From the human T2T-CHM13v2.0 reference genome, Homo sapiens: a DNA stretch of 64,000 bases. Both the position numbers and the translations under genes were made by a program. The stretch lies in assembly GCF_009914755.1 (NCBI RefSeq), contig NC_060926.1; one strand, 5' to 3'. Below, in pieces: positions 29,691 to 44,576 of the stretch (position 1 is the stretch's first letter; each line of letters starts with the position of its first letter). A model generated the notes under the pieces. It had not been told where the DNA came from. It worked only from the letters and a program-made list of their open reading frames with translations, and ran no database searches.

Positions 29691-29709
29691 AGCACCCTCT
29701 AGTGCCCAC
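29691..29709 (-). promoter_or_regulatory. Candidate CTCF site
   Basis: Minus strand TGGGCACTAGAGGGTGCT vs consensus TGGCCACCAGGGGGCGCT; two notable mismatches. Confidence 0.35.
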
Positions 29710-32700
29710 AGCTTTGAAGAACCCTGTGGAAGGCAGAAAAGTCATTTGTATGCAGCTCAAGCTCATTGACACTTGCTTTATAGGCCAATATTAAGAACCT
29801 TTAAAAAGTATATCTGTCATCAAAAGTGACCTAAATGTGCTCTTAAACTTAAAAATGTTTTAATATTATTCTGTGATCAAGCATACTGAAGAAATTTAAA
29901 ATGATCTAAGATTTTCTTTAAGTTATAATAGTGCATTAACTTTATTAGAGTATTGCTTCAGTAATACATTGTCAAATTTTATGGATATTTCAGGAGATGT
30001 GTTAATTGTATAAATTGCTGGGATAACTGAGAAAAACTTAACTAATGACAACACCTTAAAGAAAAAGGTTACTTCACACCCAAAGCCATAATGTACAATG
30101 AAAGATTGAATTTACATTGTTTCCAGTAACAGTGAAAAAGAAAAAAAAAAAAACTTTATCTCTGAATTCAAATTTTTAATTAATCTTATTTGTTTTAATC
30201 AATACCAGTTGTAAAGGTGAGCAAAAAAGACCCCATCAAATGATTAAATGATCACTTTTGTTTGCTCTCAGTTTTAACTCCCTTCATCTCACAAATAAAT
30301 CACATAATAAACCTGCGTACAATGGGCCTGCTGAAAAAATGAAAGAGTATCTGTAAAACACTGGTTTTGTTTATATTTTGAAATAGAATTTCATGGTTGT
30401 AAATAACAAATACAGGAAAGACGTGTGTATTCAATTTTAAATCACAGATACATCTTTCCAGGTTGGTGTACTAAAGATGTAGTAGAGGAATTCAAAATTA
30501 TGGATTTATAGTAATGCAATCATAAATGGCATTTATAGAAACAAACTACTTAGTTAACCTGACCTAAAAAACAAAAATCTCAGGCTTTAAGTACATCAAA
30601 ACTGCCAAACCAACATAGTTTGTGCTTAAGCACACAATAAGGAAAGACTGAAGACAAAATTGCTAGAGGCACCGAATTCCAGAGAAATTCCCAACCCACA
30701 AAATTGCTATAATTTTATCAAAATATACATGATAGTGTTTTCCTCTTTTACACCCACATTTCTTATGGAGAAACAGTTTATACATTTACATTCTGAGATG
30801 TTTCAGCAAACTCTGTTAGATTATTTCTTATGTATCTTTCTAGTGACAAATAGAATGTTTGGAAAGAAAATAAAGCTAACACGTGCACAATACCTCATAG
30901 GTAAGTCTCCAGATTGGGCATTAAAGTATGTGTTACCTCACATAGAATCAGATCAAGCTCTGAATTAAACGTGGTCAACATTTTCTAGAAGTTACTTTTT
31001 TTTCCTATCACTCACTTTGCTCAGAATATGGGAAAACCTGTTAGCCGGATGTCTTACAAGCTGGGTTCGCATATCTGTGCAAATATTTATAGTCTTCTTA
31101 AATTACCTTTTTACCATCAGCAGTTCCTAAATCAAGCACATACACTATAAAAGGCAAACCAACAAAGAAGTATGTAAAAGATCTTCATCTACCTCTGCAC
31201 GGCTACCAGGGGAGGTGAGCTTGCCCCACGAATGCCTACACTTTGATAGGAGAACTGTGATAACGATGAAAAGTTAATAGATTTTTATCTATATGAACGT
31301 GATGATCATAGACCTTGTTATTTTTATTATTTTTAAGAAGGGAATTGGTGCTGCATGAATATGAAGGCATATATTCACAGAATTTCTTAGATTTATAGGT
31401 ACAGGAGCTACAAAGACTTCTCTTCTTTCTGAGGTAGATAAATTGAGTTCCATGCAGTTTACTACGTAGGGGTCTTTCAAATGAGACCACAAAACCTCAA
31501 ATCCTTCCTCTTCTGTGTGGACATTAAAGATCTCATAGCAATTTTCATAAGAGTAGGGGTTTGTCACCATGCCACTGGGCAAATTCCTAGGACTTACCTT
31601 AAAGTCAAGCAGCCAGCTTCTCTCCACAGGATTTTAGTGTATTAGATACCTTGAAAAGTTCAGTATATTTACTCAATTTATTTAAAATGTTCTCCTAATG
31701 GTTCTGAAATATATTTTTAAGCAAAAAGGAACCAAAGGTCTCCTTAGGTGAAGTTACAGTAATGTTTGTTACATGAAATCAAACTTCCTTCCAAAATATT
31801 TGATTAGTCCCTTTTGAACACAAATGCCTACAGTATTAATTTTATTTTAAAAACAAAAACAACCAACATATAATAAAAAAATCTTATAATCCATGATCCA
31901 TGCTTTCTGATACAGGTAATGTAAAATAAATGATATAATCTACAAAACAATGACAAATGAAAGACTTGGAAAAGGTTATGGTTTGACAAGGTAACATTTT
32001 TGAAATCTGGACACGAATCAAATTGATGTAACTATTGGTGATGCAACACTCTCTGACACTAAAGTCTTTACCACTGTCTAAAACATATAGAAGAGCCTAT
32101 TGTGATTGCTTAATGTCAGCTTTTGTTCATAAGCTCTTTCATAAAATTGAAACCAGGAAAATGATTTAAAGCAGTTCAATTTGTCTATTTACCTTAATCT
32201 TTAACTATTCCCATATGTCCGGCTACATGATGTATGACTCTTCATAAACCAATTTTTCAAAGATATACACGACAGAAAAAAGTCAGGCTCCTAACCTTTT
32301 ATGTGCTTAACTTTTACAGAGCTCTAGAAAACAAAATGCTTTTAGGTTTCAGAAAAGGGAAAAAAACGAGAGAGAAAGATTATTTTCTTTTTCTCTCTTG
32401 TTAGTAAATATTTGCATCAGTGAAAGTAGAGCATGCACTAATTTCTAGGTATGTGAAAAGTTCTTCTGGATGTCTCATTCACAGGCATCAATGTAAAGGT
32501 CTTTGTTTACAAGTACTACGTAATAAATGAGGATACATAAATTAAGATCATTAAACCCTTACAGGTCCCATAGTTGAGGTAGGAATATTGTGCTAGGTAT
32601 AATATCACTTAGCAAGGGGGAGGAGAAAAAAAGAAACGCAGATTAGGGATTCCTCAGCACAACCTGAATCATAATCACAGTAGAACTGATTTAGCTTCAG

Positions 32701-32849
32701 TCTTAGTAAAAAGCAATAATCATAACAATAATTTAGTCAGAATTGAAATAGAATGTTCTGATTATTTTTAAAATACCACAAGATCATATAAAATTTTAAT
32801 TTATGTACATGTCTTTGTAAAGATAAAAACAAAGGGAAAAAGTAGCATT

Positions 32850-32960
32850 TTGTTCATTCATGTAAAAAAATATTTGCTGGGCACCTATTTTGTGCTCGTT
32901 GCTGGATAAACAACTATGAACAGGACAAATTCACAGCCCTGGCCTCCTGGAACCTACTTA
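32850..32960 (-). mobile_element. L2 3' end fragment
   Basis: TTCATTCATG...ATATTTGCTGGGCACCTATTTTGTGC...ATGAACAGGACA...CCTGGCCTCCTGGAAC. Confidence 0.65.
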
Positions 32961-35900
32961 GTTGTAAACCAGAGAACCCCCTTAAGGAATATTACTATCA
33001 GGTTATGATTATGCGACAGTGTAGGAGTGAAATTTTTCTACTACTTTTAGTCCTCATACCCCCTTCAGCTCAGTCCTTATGCAAAATTTGCATCAGGTCA
33101 GTCTTTATGCAAACTTTGTTCTATAGGCTGTGTTATTTTCAATATACACTGTAATTTCTCAGGTGGTTTGTCCAAATTAAAAAATGTAGTCGTCTCTCAT
33201 TAAAAAAGGGGACAAAACATTAAAATTCTTATAATGTAGAATGCAGAACAGAGAAAGAGAGTTAGCATTTGTTACACATCTAACTATGTGCCTAGCCCAA
33301 ATCCAGGCACCTTGAATATATTACATAAAGATGTTTTCATAAGATGCAAGTATAAACATTTGTACTGTGAATATTTACATCTTTCATAAGATTAAGATCA
33401 GCTAAATCACTTTATAGATTAGTATAGTCTTTATCTTAAAATAGAAGAAATTCCAATAGAAAAACCAATGAATCATTACAATTAACTCTTATTTCAGTAT
33501 GTGGATTGGTTAACTTGTATTATACCACCATTTCTCCATCTGTAATTAGCACTTTCCTTACGCAGATTTTGTGAAGAGGTCTTAATGAACCACTGTATTA
33601 ATTGATAAGCCATAAGATTTAATGCAACTTCCCAAAGTACTTTATATGCTGAAAAAGGTAAGCCTGTCAACCAATACAGAAAAAAATTAGCATTCAAGTT
33701 ATTATCATTATTAAGCACTTTCAAAATCTAACATAAAAATTGCATTATAAAAATCAATGAGATATTGTCTAAAGCTCATTAGAAAATTTTATTCACAGCA
33801 CCAACATCACAGGATGATTTTATGATTTGTCTATGCCATTTGACCAAATAACCATAAATGCCAAACCAAGATTTTAGTACCAGCTTCTAAAGTGTGTGAA
33901 ATTTATGTCTTGTTTATTTATTTACTATCCCCAAGTGAAACACTGAAAGTATATCTTTACACCTATGTATGTATACACAGACATTATTTACATATATTTA
34001 CTGTAATTCATTCAAGTTTACTTGCAGTTCATAAAAAACAAATGTAGCTATTTTCATAATTTTGAAAATGAGAAACCTACAACTTCCAAAATAGGTGCTA
34101 AGATTCATCTGATGTAGTATTATTTTAATGTACATTCTCAATTTATTAAAGCTCTGCAAAGGAACTCTGAGTAAATGAAGATAACAAGACATTTTTGTAA
34201 ACCTAAGTATATTCCAATTTCTGGTTTTTTTTCTACTAGTAGGAATTCTAATTCCTAATCTTACTCCAACTTCAGATTAACAAAAAAATTGTCATCTTAA
34301 AGCAATTTGGAATAACTACATGAATGAAACCAGTTAACAATTAGAAAATGTAAAATTGATATGTGTTTAGATAAAAAGATACTGGCAATTCTCAGAATGT
34401 AGGAAAAAGGAAACACATTTGTGTGACATTAGGTAAATGGCTCTAATCTGTTTACTTAGATACCTTGCTACTTATCTTGTTCTACTTATCAGTTTTCACT
34501 GATGAAATATAGGAAAAAATGTAATAGAAATCAGATAGACATCACAAAGGTGTGTGTTTATGTGTGACTATTTGTTGCTTGATAATCAGATTTTAAAAGG
34601 GTGAAATAGATGAACTATACATATAAAAATAGAAATATTTGTATGTAACTTTAAATTTTTAAAATTATTTTATTAAATTATTTTTAAAGTAAAATAATTT
34701 TAGATACATTTAAAATACAAATGATTAGATTTTGCTATTCTGCTCATTTGAACTAATAAATTTAAAACTATTTCAACAAAAAAACTCATTTAAAATCGAT
34801 TTTTTTTAAATTCCTAGCTTTTTTTCTTAATGGCTCTGTTTGAAACTTCAAGTATGCTTGAGAAACTAACTGTGGATCATATATACAATGTAGGGTCAAT
34901 GCTGTATTGAATTTCCAGACCATTTTCAGACTACCTTCTGGCAGTGGAAGCATTTTGACCACTGACACTCCCTATGGGTATATCTGACTATCCTGGTACA
35001 ATGCACCATTCCCCATTATTGAATCTACAACAAACTGCTGTAGGTTATTCATTGATTGAGTGTTTAAGTATATTCTTTAGGAGCAAATAGAGAACTAATC
35101 TGTAAGCAATCACATAAAATAATGAAAAAAAAAAAACAGCAGAATTCCCGCGTCAAAGATGCTTCAAGCTATAGCACTTAATTATGTGCATTCTTTGATT
35201 ATATTGTGTCACATTCAATAAAGATATACAGGAATTGTATTTCGTTATATCACCCTAGATTCTTCTCAGTGCTTCATTGTACCATGCAAGGGAATTAAGA
35301 AAGCATCTGCCAAACCAACCACACCAATTTAAAGCACAATTACTCTCTTTTTATACTTATATTTTTGGGGGGGAGGCCTGGATCAATCACAATATTCACC
35401 AGAATGTTTATTTAACCAATAAAGATACAGGCAGTGATTCTATATTTTCCAATACATGTAAAACTAAATATCAGGTAAACTGTTTCCAGCCTTGACATAA
35501 ACGTACATAGGTGCTTGAGTCTTCATTCATCTTATCTAGACTGTATTTTAAGAATAAGCTTAACGACCCCTCACACAGTCTTCTTAAACAATGCAGAACC
35601 TGAGAGTGTGTGGTGGCATGTGTGAGAGAGCAGACAGCTCTACATCCCTTCACAGGGTCCCTCTGTGTGTATTTAGGACAGCTTTCTAACATGAAATCAG
35701 CTCAGCTGCAGTGTCGATTTCAGAGGGTTCTGAGAGAGACAGAAAGGGAGAATGCTTCAACTCCTTAAAATGCATTTGCTATTTCTCTTCTCTGAAAGCC
35801 TGAAAGTATTTTCTGATTTTTGCAAAGAAATTACTTTTGAGAATGTCTGCCATACCAAACTGATTTCTTCTAGTTTGCGTTAGCTTGGTGGGTTTTGAAT

Positions 35901-37946
35901 ATTTTAACAAACACACATTTAGAAATGTTTAAGAACAGAGGATAACACATAATACGTGCACACTTTAAAAAATATATAAAATATGTATACCTTAATACTT
36001 GGCATTTTCAAAAAAGAAAGGAAGAAAAATGGGGTGAAAATATTTTTTTACAATCATATGTCACATAATGCTTTATCTTATTTTTTAAGTGTATTTTTAG
36101 TTGCCTAGGTCTTCTTTGTTTTGTTGTGTTCTACTGTAAGCAAAGTACTCATTAAAGCCACCATCTGTGTAAAAGAGGGAAGAGAAGCTCAAAGTGTTAA
36201 TATCAATAAACATAAAAATCAAAATTTTATCTAGATTATTTTTCTGAAATGCAACTGTAGCACTGCTTTGATGTCCATGCTTTTTATTTACTGAGTTATT
36301 TTCATTTTAATGGCAGCATAGAAGGCATATGGAAGAAGATGTCACTTTGCAGCCTTACTAATATAAGAGTTCAGTGAAACCTGGAGTTTATTCCAGCTAA
36401 TGAAATGCTTCAGTATTTTGAGAGATTGCTAAATGTGGAAGTAGTTTATTTCTAATAAAACATTTCAGTAATATTGTTCTTCAAGTGGAAAATAACCAGA
36501 GAATAGAAAACAATTTTAAAATACAAGCTAACCAACAACGAAGAAAAGGAAATGCCACGGTCAATGTCACACTGCTACTCACCTCTCTGATCAAGTTTGT
36601 GGAGTTCTTACAGTGTAACAATTAACGATCCAAGTGAGTTAATCTATGTGATTATGCTGTAGGGACTTGAATGAGTAAAAAATGTGGCTCATTCACAAAG
36701 GACTTCACACTACAGAACAAGAACATAGAAAGAAAGTCAGTTCCTTATAAAATAGTAAAGAAAATATACTTATGATGTGAGAGGTTAAAAAAATGATTTC
36801 ATACTATTTACTAGCAATCTTCCCTCAAAGTTATGGACAGTTTTTAAAGTCTTTTTTTAAAAAAGTGAGGAGTAAGTGTAGTGCAAGTATTTTTTACAAT
36901 CCTTTTTACAATGAATATGTAAAGTTTAATTTTATTCTTTGGTAAGTTATTCTTCTGGTTGTTTAGGTTTTATAATGATACTGACAGTACTTTCAACGAG
37001 CTCAAGCTTTTACTTATATATCATACTTTTATGGATTTATTACTACATATATTATATTATTAAAAATGCATATATTTAAGCAAGATACTCAGAAAGGCAT
37101 TGGGGCACTCTCCAATAATTTTTAATAGAGTCATTTTGATTCCTCCAAGGAAATGTCTTTCTTCAATTTAAGAAAGACTCTTTCTCTGCTAAAGGTTAAT
37201 ACATAAAGAAATGTCCATTATCAAACAAAATTTTAAAAATTCAAGTTACCAAGGAATCCCAACTAACATTGTCTTACCAGAAATTTTTGTTAAAACTATA
37301 CTTATACACTCATAACACTGGATTATTATCTTTTATATATAGAGAGAGAGAGCGCCCTTAGACTATGACAGTTTTAAAGACTTGAATCATTATTTCATTC
37401 AGATCCTAATTCAGAGAGGAATATGTAGGAAATTTCCAATCAGTATTTGTGGATGAAGAAAAAAATGGAAGGAAAGAAAAAAAAGAAATATCAAAGAAAG
37501 GATGGGTAGACTTGAATAAGGGAGCTAAGTAACAGGAAAACCCAAAAGAAAAGTAGTAGTATAAAATGTATAAAAATATTAAGTTAAACAGCCTTTACTA
37601 TCAGATGTGGAACAACATTAATCCATAATTAAGTAAAACAAATGTTAATATAGTTGCTGGGCTGATAATTTATCCATGATTAAAAATTTCAGCGTCTAAT
37701 TTGTTGTTAAATAAGGTCACCTTACTTCATTATAATTCCCCGAGGAAACATTTTAGGAAGGTAAGTTTATGTTTTTGTTTCTAATAAAGAGATTGCATTC
37801 CACCTCTCCCTGCCTCAGTTCTGAACCACATTGTCATAATTAAGATTTCCTCTGCAACAAACTCCCATAAACCATAAACAAATCACCCCCTGGGAAACCA
37901 CTGGACAGTAGCAGCCACCAGCAACACACCTAGGCTCAAAATCCTG

Positions 37947-38306
37947 TGATATGGTTTTGCTGTGTCCCCACCCAACCTGTAGTTCCCATAATCCCCATGT
38001 GCCCTGGAAGGGGCACTGTAGGGGGCAATTTAATCATGGAGGCAGTTACTCTCATGCTGTTCTCATGATAGTGAGTGAGTTCTCATGAGATCTCATAGTT
38101 TTATAAGGGACTTTTTCTCCTTTTGCTGTGTCTTCTCTTTCCTGCCATCATGTGAAGAATAATGTGCTTGCTTCTCCTTCCATGATTGTAAGTTTCCTGA
38201 GGCCTCCCCAGCCATGAGGAACTGTGAGTCAATTAAACCTCTTTCCTTTATAAATTACCCAGTCTCAAGTATGTGTTTATTAGCAGGGTGAGAACAGACT
38301 AACACA
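37947..38306 (+). mobile_element. THE1C/THE1B solo LTR
   Basis: TGATATGGTTT...GTCAATTAAACCTCTTTCCTTTATAAATTACCCAG...GACTAACACA; perfect TSD TCCTG (37942-37946, 38307-38311). Confidence 0.93.
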
Positions 38307-40734
38307 TCCTGTCACATGGGGAGATTCTACTAGCAAGAGTCTCAGACTGACCTCAAGTCTGACAGAGAGAGTTGCAAACATCACCAATTTCTGCTAACAG
38401 AGTCTATCTACAACAAAAGAACAATCCTCACATATGTACAATATGGAAAGGATTACTCCTGATGACCTCAAGAAATATATTCTTTTTCATGCATTCATTT
38501 TTGAACTACAAAGATTAGCAGGGTCTTCCTAAAGTTCCTTTGAAATTTTAAAATTCTTAAACATCATTCAGTTGGAAATGGAAGTTCTATGTACTAAACT
38601 TTTCTGGTAATAAGCAATATATTTTCTTCTCAAAGCTAACAGGGATTTTAACTCTACCAACCATAGGACATGGTTTACATTATGATTTACAGCAACCATC
38701 TTTCATTTGGCATAGGTTCTGAATGCATTGCCTGAATTTGCATGATACAGCTCTCTTGAGCTTTAGAAGTTAATAGATAATGAATTCCAGTGTACTGTTA
38801 TGCAGTGAACCTATTATTGTAAAAAGTAAAGACACTACAATTATAGAAAATAAAGGCTTGGAAAACAATTTGGGGATAATTCTACAAACTCAGAGAAGGA
38901 AGAAAAGACACCTAACATGTTTACTTCTATGAAAAAAGCAGAGTGGAATTTAATTGTATATCTGAAAAGGGAGGAAGACTATTTAATTTCTCTTGAATCT
39001 GCCTATTAGCAAATTTTAAAACAAATTGGATAATTTATAATATAAAATCATTTATTAACCTCTATTATTTATGTAAGTCGATTATATTTGCCTTGAGAAC
39101 TGGGCATCTTTTCTTTCTCAGTATAAGGGCCTAATGCCATGTACATACACACAATATATCTTGCTGAATTTGTTGCATTTGTTTGAGTAGAATGAGACAT
39201 TGTATAGCTTTCATCTAGTTCACAAATGATGATAATGCTAGCTAAAAAGAGTGAACAAGATTTTGAGAATCTGTTTGTGAAAAGAGAGAGATTGAAAGAA
39301 AATGATTAGCCAGTTAAGCCTTAAGCTTAGCTGAGAGAACCTCAGTAAAAGGTTTATTTGGTATTGACATATACATGTATTTCCCTCTCAGCTGGAATGA
39401 CTCCAGAAGGGTTGTCATGGTTGGTTGAGTAAATAATACATGCTTTAAAAACAATTATAAATCTGTATTCACCTGATGGACTTTGTATTCATTCCAGTCA
39501 ATTGGGCATATAATACTCGTTTAAAAAATAAGTACATATAATGCATTAAAAACTGCTTAAACGCCCATTTAACCGGAGGGGCCAAAACAGCTCTAAAATG
39601 GAGCATGTGATTAATGCTAATGGAAGTTATGCATATGTAATGAAAGGAGAACCCCAAACCCTTTTAAAGAGGGCTATGACAGGAGAATGACAGCTGGGAA
39701 ACACCACAATTTGCAGCTTCTATTGCTTTGTAAAGCAGTCTCTGCCCTCATAGCAACCAACAACTCCCAGAGTGGTGAATCTTGGGGTTCAAGGCAATAA
39801 ATGTACTGATATTTAAGGTAAAACAATGCTAAGGGGAATGGCAGTAACAGCCTGATGATAAATAATGCAGCGCTGTAATTGGATTGCATCTCCGTACTTA
39901 AACAGCTATTCACTGATGATGGCTCCCATCCCACTCAAAGGTCTTACCCAAGATTCCTTCTTTATAATATCAAACACAAGAAGGACATATTTTATGTTTT
40001 TAATGAGTGCAATTCGGAAATAATCTCACAATGTTTTAGGTTCACAATATTTTCCTTTTATAAAGGATGAAGGAAATAAGCAACAGTTGGCATAAAGAAT
40101 AGAATTCTGGCTTATTTCTCTTTTGATCAGAGTTTCAAGAAAGTATTTTTCAATTAGTCACATGGAGGGTAAGATTTGGGAAGCAAATAAAGGTCTGCCT
40201 GTCAACAAAATTGTTTCTCCATTAACCCTTCTCCCAGCCCCCACCTCCACCAAAAAAAAAAAAAAGTTTGAAATTATCAATAGAAGTGCTTTGTAGGGGG
40301 TTGGGTTCAGATGATAGAAACTCACTGCTGAAAATGCAAATACATACATTACCTGGACAAAATATGCATCAATTCATTAGTGCTCCCCAGCCCATAAATT
40401 AACTTCGCAGGTGAACTCTTCACGACCTAGGGAAACTGGTCCTGTATGACAACAAGGCATAGCAAAGAGCAGTTCCATTGGGACAAAAGGAACAAGGAAC
40501 ATATATTGTACTTTGAAGTAACACAAAAGAATAGACTGTAAGCAATCAATGGGAAGAAGGAAAGCACTGGGCTGTGTCAAGGAGTCCTGAAAACAGACCT
40601 CCATGGTCCCACCCATTACTTTGCTGATCTCTTGCAAAGTAATATCACACTGGTAACTACTAGAGTTCCACCTCAAGTCTCAGTCTCTTTTCCATTTCCA
40701 ATATTAATTGCAGTAGTTTGAATGTTGCTATGGT

Positions 40735-40900
40735 GTGAGTATCTTGAGGGCAGGGACTTTGATGTGTAGAGCATCTTAGATATTAGTAGTAGTAGTAGTA
40801 GTAGTATATCGGTATTATTAGTATTGCCAAGAAGAATTATCTGAAATGTACGAGATGCTCACTATGTATCTGTTGAATGAATGGAGTGAATAAATAAGTA
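40735..40900 (+). mobile_element. L2 3' end remnant with internal (TAG)n microsatellite (about 40784-40806)
   Basis: TTGAGGGCAGGGAC ... GCTCACTATGTATCTGTTGAATGAATG. Confidence 0.55.
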
Positions 40901-41689
40901 AATATAATAAAGCTTTCCATAAGCACAGGATTAGAACTTAATTTCAAAGTCAAATGATGAGCTGGCTTCCTACTTCATCTTCTAAGGTAGAATGAAGACA
41001 ATTTCACCTCTAAATAGATGATTTGACTAAGTAAAACCTTCCACATACAAAAAGGGAAATATGTAGTAGAAAATGAGTAAACCAGCTAGCAGCAAGAAGG
41101 GAAAAGAGAAGACCAAAAAGAAACAAAAAACCCTAAGAATGTCTTAAAGTGCCATTGACAGAACAGAGAAATGACCCATAAAACAAAAGTCTCTTAGATT
41201 TCCTTGAATCCAGGTCTATTCTCTGCAAAGAGTGGCATAGTATGTTTACTAGTTTTGTATTCCCATGAGATAAATGCTGCCTTCCTAACTGTCAAATACA
41301 GTCTTAAAATAAATCCCTATAACCTGACCCTGGGCAAACTCAAAGTCTCAATCCTCTGAGAGTCACAAAATACTGAGTCCCATGCGGAAGGCAGAAGTGT
41401 TTCCTTCCAAACTCTTTGCACACGTTATCACCTAGGTACAGTGCAGCCTTGAAGAATCTCACCACTTCTGCCTCTTTCTCTATAGTCATCTAAAGGTAGG
41501 CCCCAAAATGTGAGTTGGTGGTGGGTTGGAAAGGTGATTCCATTTTATCTCCCATCCTCCACTATGCTCCCTACATCATACACCAAATCTCTCCTCTCTA
41601 GTGATCAAATAAAACTCTCAAATGAAAGGAAACAAACCAATACTGTGGAAGTGGATGGCGAGGGGAAGCACAGTCATCTAAGAGTAACC

Positions 41690-41850
41690 TGCCAAAAATT
41701 CCTATTCTACATATGTCATTTCATGTAGTTCTCACCACCTCCCTAAGAAGGTATCTTCATCTTTGATATGTGGAAACTGAGGCTAACTTGAGAGATTAAG
41801 TAACTTGCCCAAGAATGTATTATCTCCCATGAGTTAGCACTAGAAGCCCA
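41690..41850 (-). mobile_element. MIR
   Basis: Core GGAAACTGAGGCT...GATTAAGTAACTTGCCCAAG. Confidence 0.75.
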
Positions 41851-41859
41851 AGGTTCAAC

Positions 41860-42660
41860 CACGAAGACATAGCCCTTGCCTTCATGAAGCATATTAGGTA
41901 GAGAAATGGAAAAATAAACAAGAAAAATTAAATATACTATAGAAGCACCTAAGGGAACTTCTAATGCACACCTGGAGAGGCAGATAAAGTGTTGGCTACT
42001 TTGAGATCTAAAAGATCAACTGGATTAAGCGCCAAGAAAAGAGGCAGTGAAGACAGTCCATGTGGAAGAAATGATATCTACAAAAGAGTAGATACATACA
42101 ACCTAGAAAAACTGCAAGGGTGAAAAGTTGCAAAAAGTGCTACTGAAGAAATCAATAGAGACAAGCTCTTGCAGGACCTTGTAGGTCACAAAGAGGAATT
42201 TGGACCCTATCCTGGGAACAATGTAAAACTGTTAAAGGGGTTGAACAGGGGTGAGATACGCTTATATTTGTGTTTTGGGAAGACTTCTCTGGCCACAGTG
42301 TGAAACAAATGGATTTTTAAAGAGAAAGGAAAATAATTTAGGTTGAATTAAATAAATTGTCAATATCTGAGTATTTTTGTCTGACAACATTGACAATTTC
42401 ATATGGTTCAGCCTAATGGTTACACAGCTGTTGTTTACACTAAAGCAATGGTAGGGAGAATAAAAAGATGTAGATGCCTTTCATACCTTCTGTAGCTATT
42501 TATGAGAAGACAGATAGCACTCAAAGATTGATTGAATATGCTAAGGGAGGCAAAACGGAGCACCAAGAATGACCCCCCAAAAAGCTTCTAAATAGAGCAA
42601 CTGAATAGATAATGATGTCAACCATCTATGTAGAAAAAGAGGTGAAAGAATTAGGAGGAG
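41860..42660 (-). mobile_element. L2 fragments interrupted by MADE2
   Basis: CCTTGCCTTCATGAAGC; GCAGGACCTTGTAGGTCAC; GGAATTTGGAC; CTTCTCTGGCCACAGTGTG. Confidence 0.65.
42338..42416. mobile_element. MADE2 (Hsmar2-derived MITE)
   Basis: TTAGGTTGAA...GACAATTTCATATGGTTCAGCCTAA; about 80 bp with terminal inverted repeats. Confidence 0.82.
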
Positions 42661-43909
42661 AACATAAACAAGTCAACTCGTTGGAGGAGGTTACGTATCC
42701 CAAGAACTCTCCATACAAAGAGTAGAAAAAAATGCCTTAAAATGAAAATTCTGAATTAACAAAATAAAACTGAGTTTAAAATGGGTAATATTGTTAAAGG
42801 GTCTATCAATGCTTATATTAATAAATAAAACCCTTAAGCTAAATTGCCAATCTCCATCTTTCCATAAAATAGGTATCCTTCTTAACTGAAAAAAAATAGG
42901 CTTTTATTTTTGCATGGATTCATAATCTGACCTTCTCCAGATTGTCAAAGCCTAAGAAATAGCTTCAAGACTATAGATTAACCTTTATAGGGTGTACTTG
43001 ACATGAATTTTTAAGAGATATAGTGTCTTCAACTAAATGATCTCAATCCAAATTTAAGATTCAATCAGCATTAATGGTGGTATTAGAAATGATAACTTCA
43101 ATTATAAGCATAATGCATTTTCCTTTGGGATATTAATTTATGTAGAGTACTCAGAGTTTGCCCTGGTATAGTCATACTTCAAACCTCCTTGTGACCAAGA
43201 AAAGGCATTTGTGCTAGTTTGATTAGCTAGTTTGATTATACTAGATAAAATATAATATTTTCGATGATTAATTTAGATAATAGCAAATGTTTAAAAAATA
43301 ATGTTACATAACTCATTTTCCAGAAATTTGTTTTTCTAATTATCTGAGAAAAAGGGTATAGGTTGAAATTAAAACAGATAAGATATGGAATTCATAAAAG
43401 TAATCTGTGATTTGGTCCTCACGTGAATTTTATATTCTACTCAATCTATAACTTTAAAAGGAATAGCTATAAGAATATTGTGCTACATGAGAATAAAATA
43501 AGCAATTTCCCTCAGTATTCTTTTTCATCATTTCACTTTTTGAAAGAAAAAAGTTCTCTAAGGAGATATGTGACTTTAAATCTATAAAGTAACTTTTAAG
43601 GTTGTTGACAGCTATTTTTAAAATGAGAACATTAAGCATTCTCTTGAAAATGAAAGTGAAAGTATCTATAACATCAAAATTATCTTAAGCTGAAAACTCA
43701 AATGTAAAATCTTCTTCTCTTGGTAATTTAGAAAAAATCTATATTATTAAAAGAAATTTCCCTGGGGACTTTGTCAAGGTATACTCTAGAGTACAGTATA
43801 TAGTATACAATAAAATATATGGATTGATATCCATATATAATATCTCTAAAAACACATTAAATTAACATAATTAAAAGTTATTTTAAAACTTTAGAGCCTA
43901 GAGTGTTAA

Positions 43910-44120
43910 TAATTACATGTGCTAACCGATTTTTATATGCCATGCGAAATATATCTGTTGCCCTAGGTACTTAGATGTAGGTATAATTATAATTCCCATT
44001 TTACAGATGAATAAGCAAAGCTTGAGGTTTAAGTTACTCATCTGAGTTCTCCCAGCTAAGGAGTGGCAAACACCACTTGCATGCCTCTAAAGCATGAGCT
44101 TAACTCTAGCATGCTATGTA
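43910..44120 (-). mobile_element. MIR
   Basis: CCCATTTTACAGATGAATAAG...CCCAGCTAAGGAGTGGCA. Confidence 0.65.
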
Positions 44121-44263
44121 TTAACTCTCTAGGAAGATGTAAGGTGACCTCCCTCTTATCATTATATTTATTTTAGATTAGTGTGTCTTTTCATTAGTAA
44201 CATTTAACTAATGGGGAAGAAAGTGGTACTCAACGGTGAAAATAGGCTACACTTCTGGCTTGA

Positions 44264-44576
<313 letters not shown>

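Noticed and set aside
31236-31627. 112-aa and 84-aa minus-strand ORFs
   Set aside because: Non-ATG start for the longer ORF, no recognisable homology and no consistent reading frame with neighbouring candidate exons.
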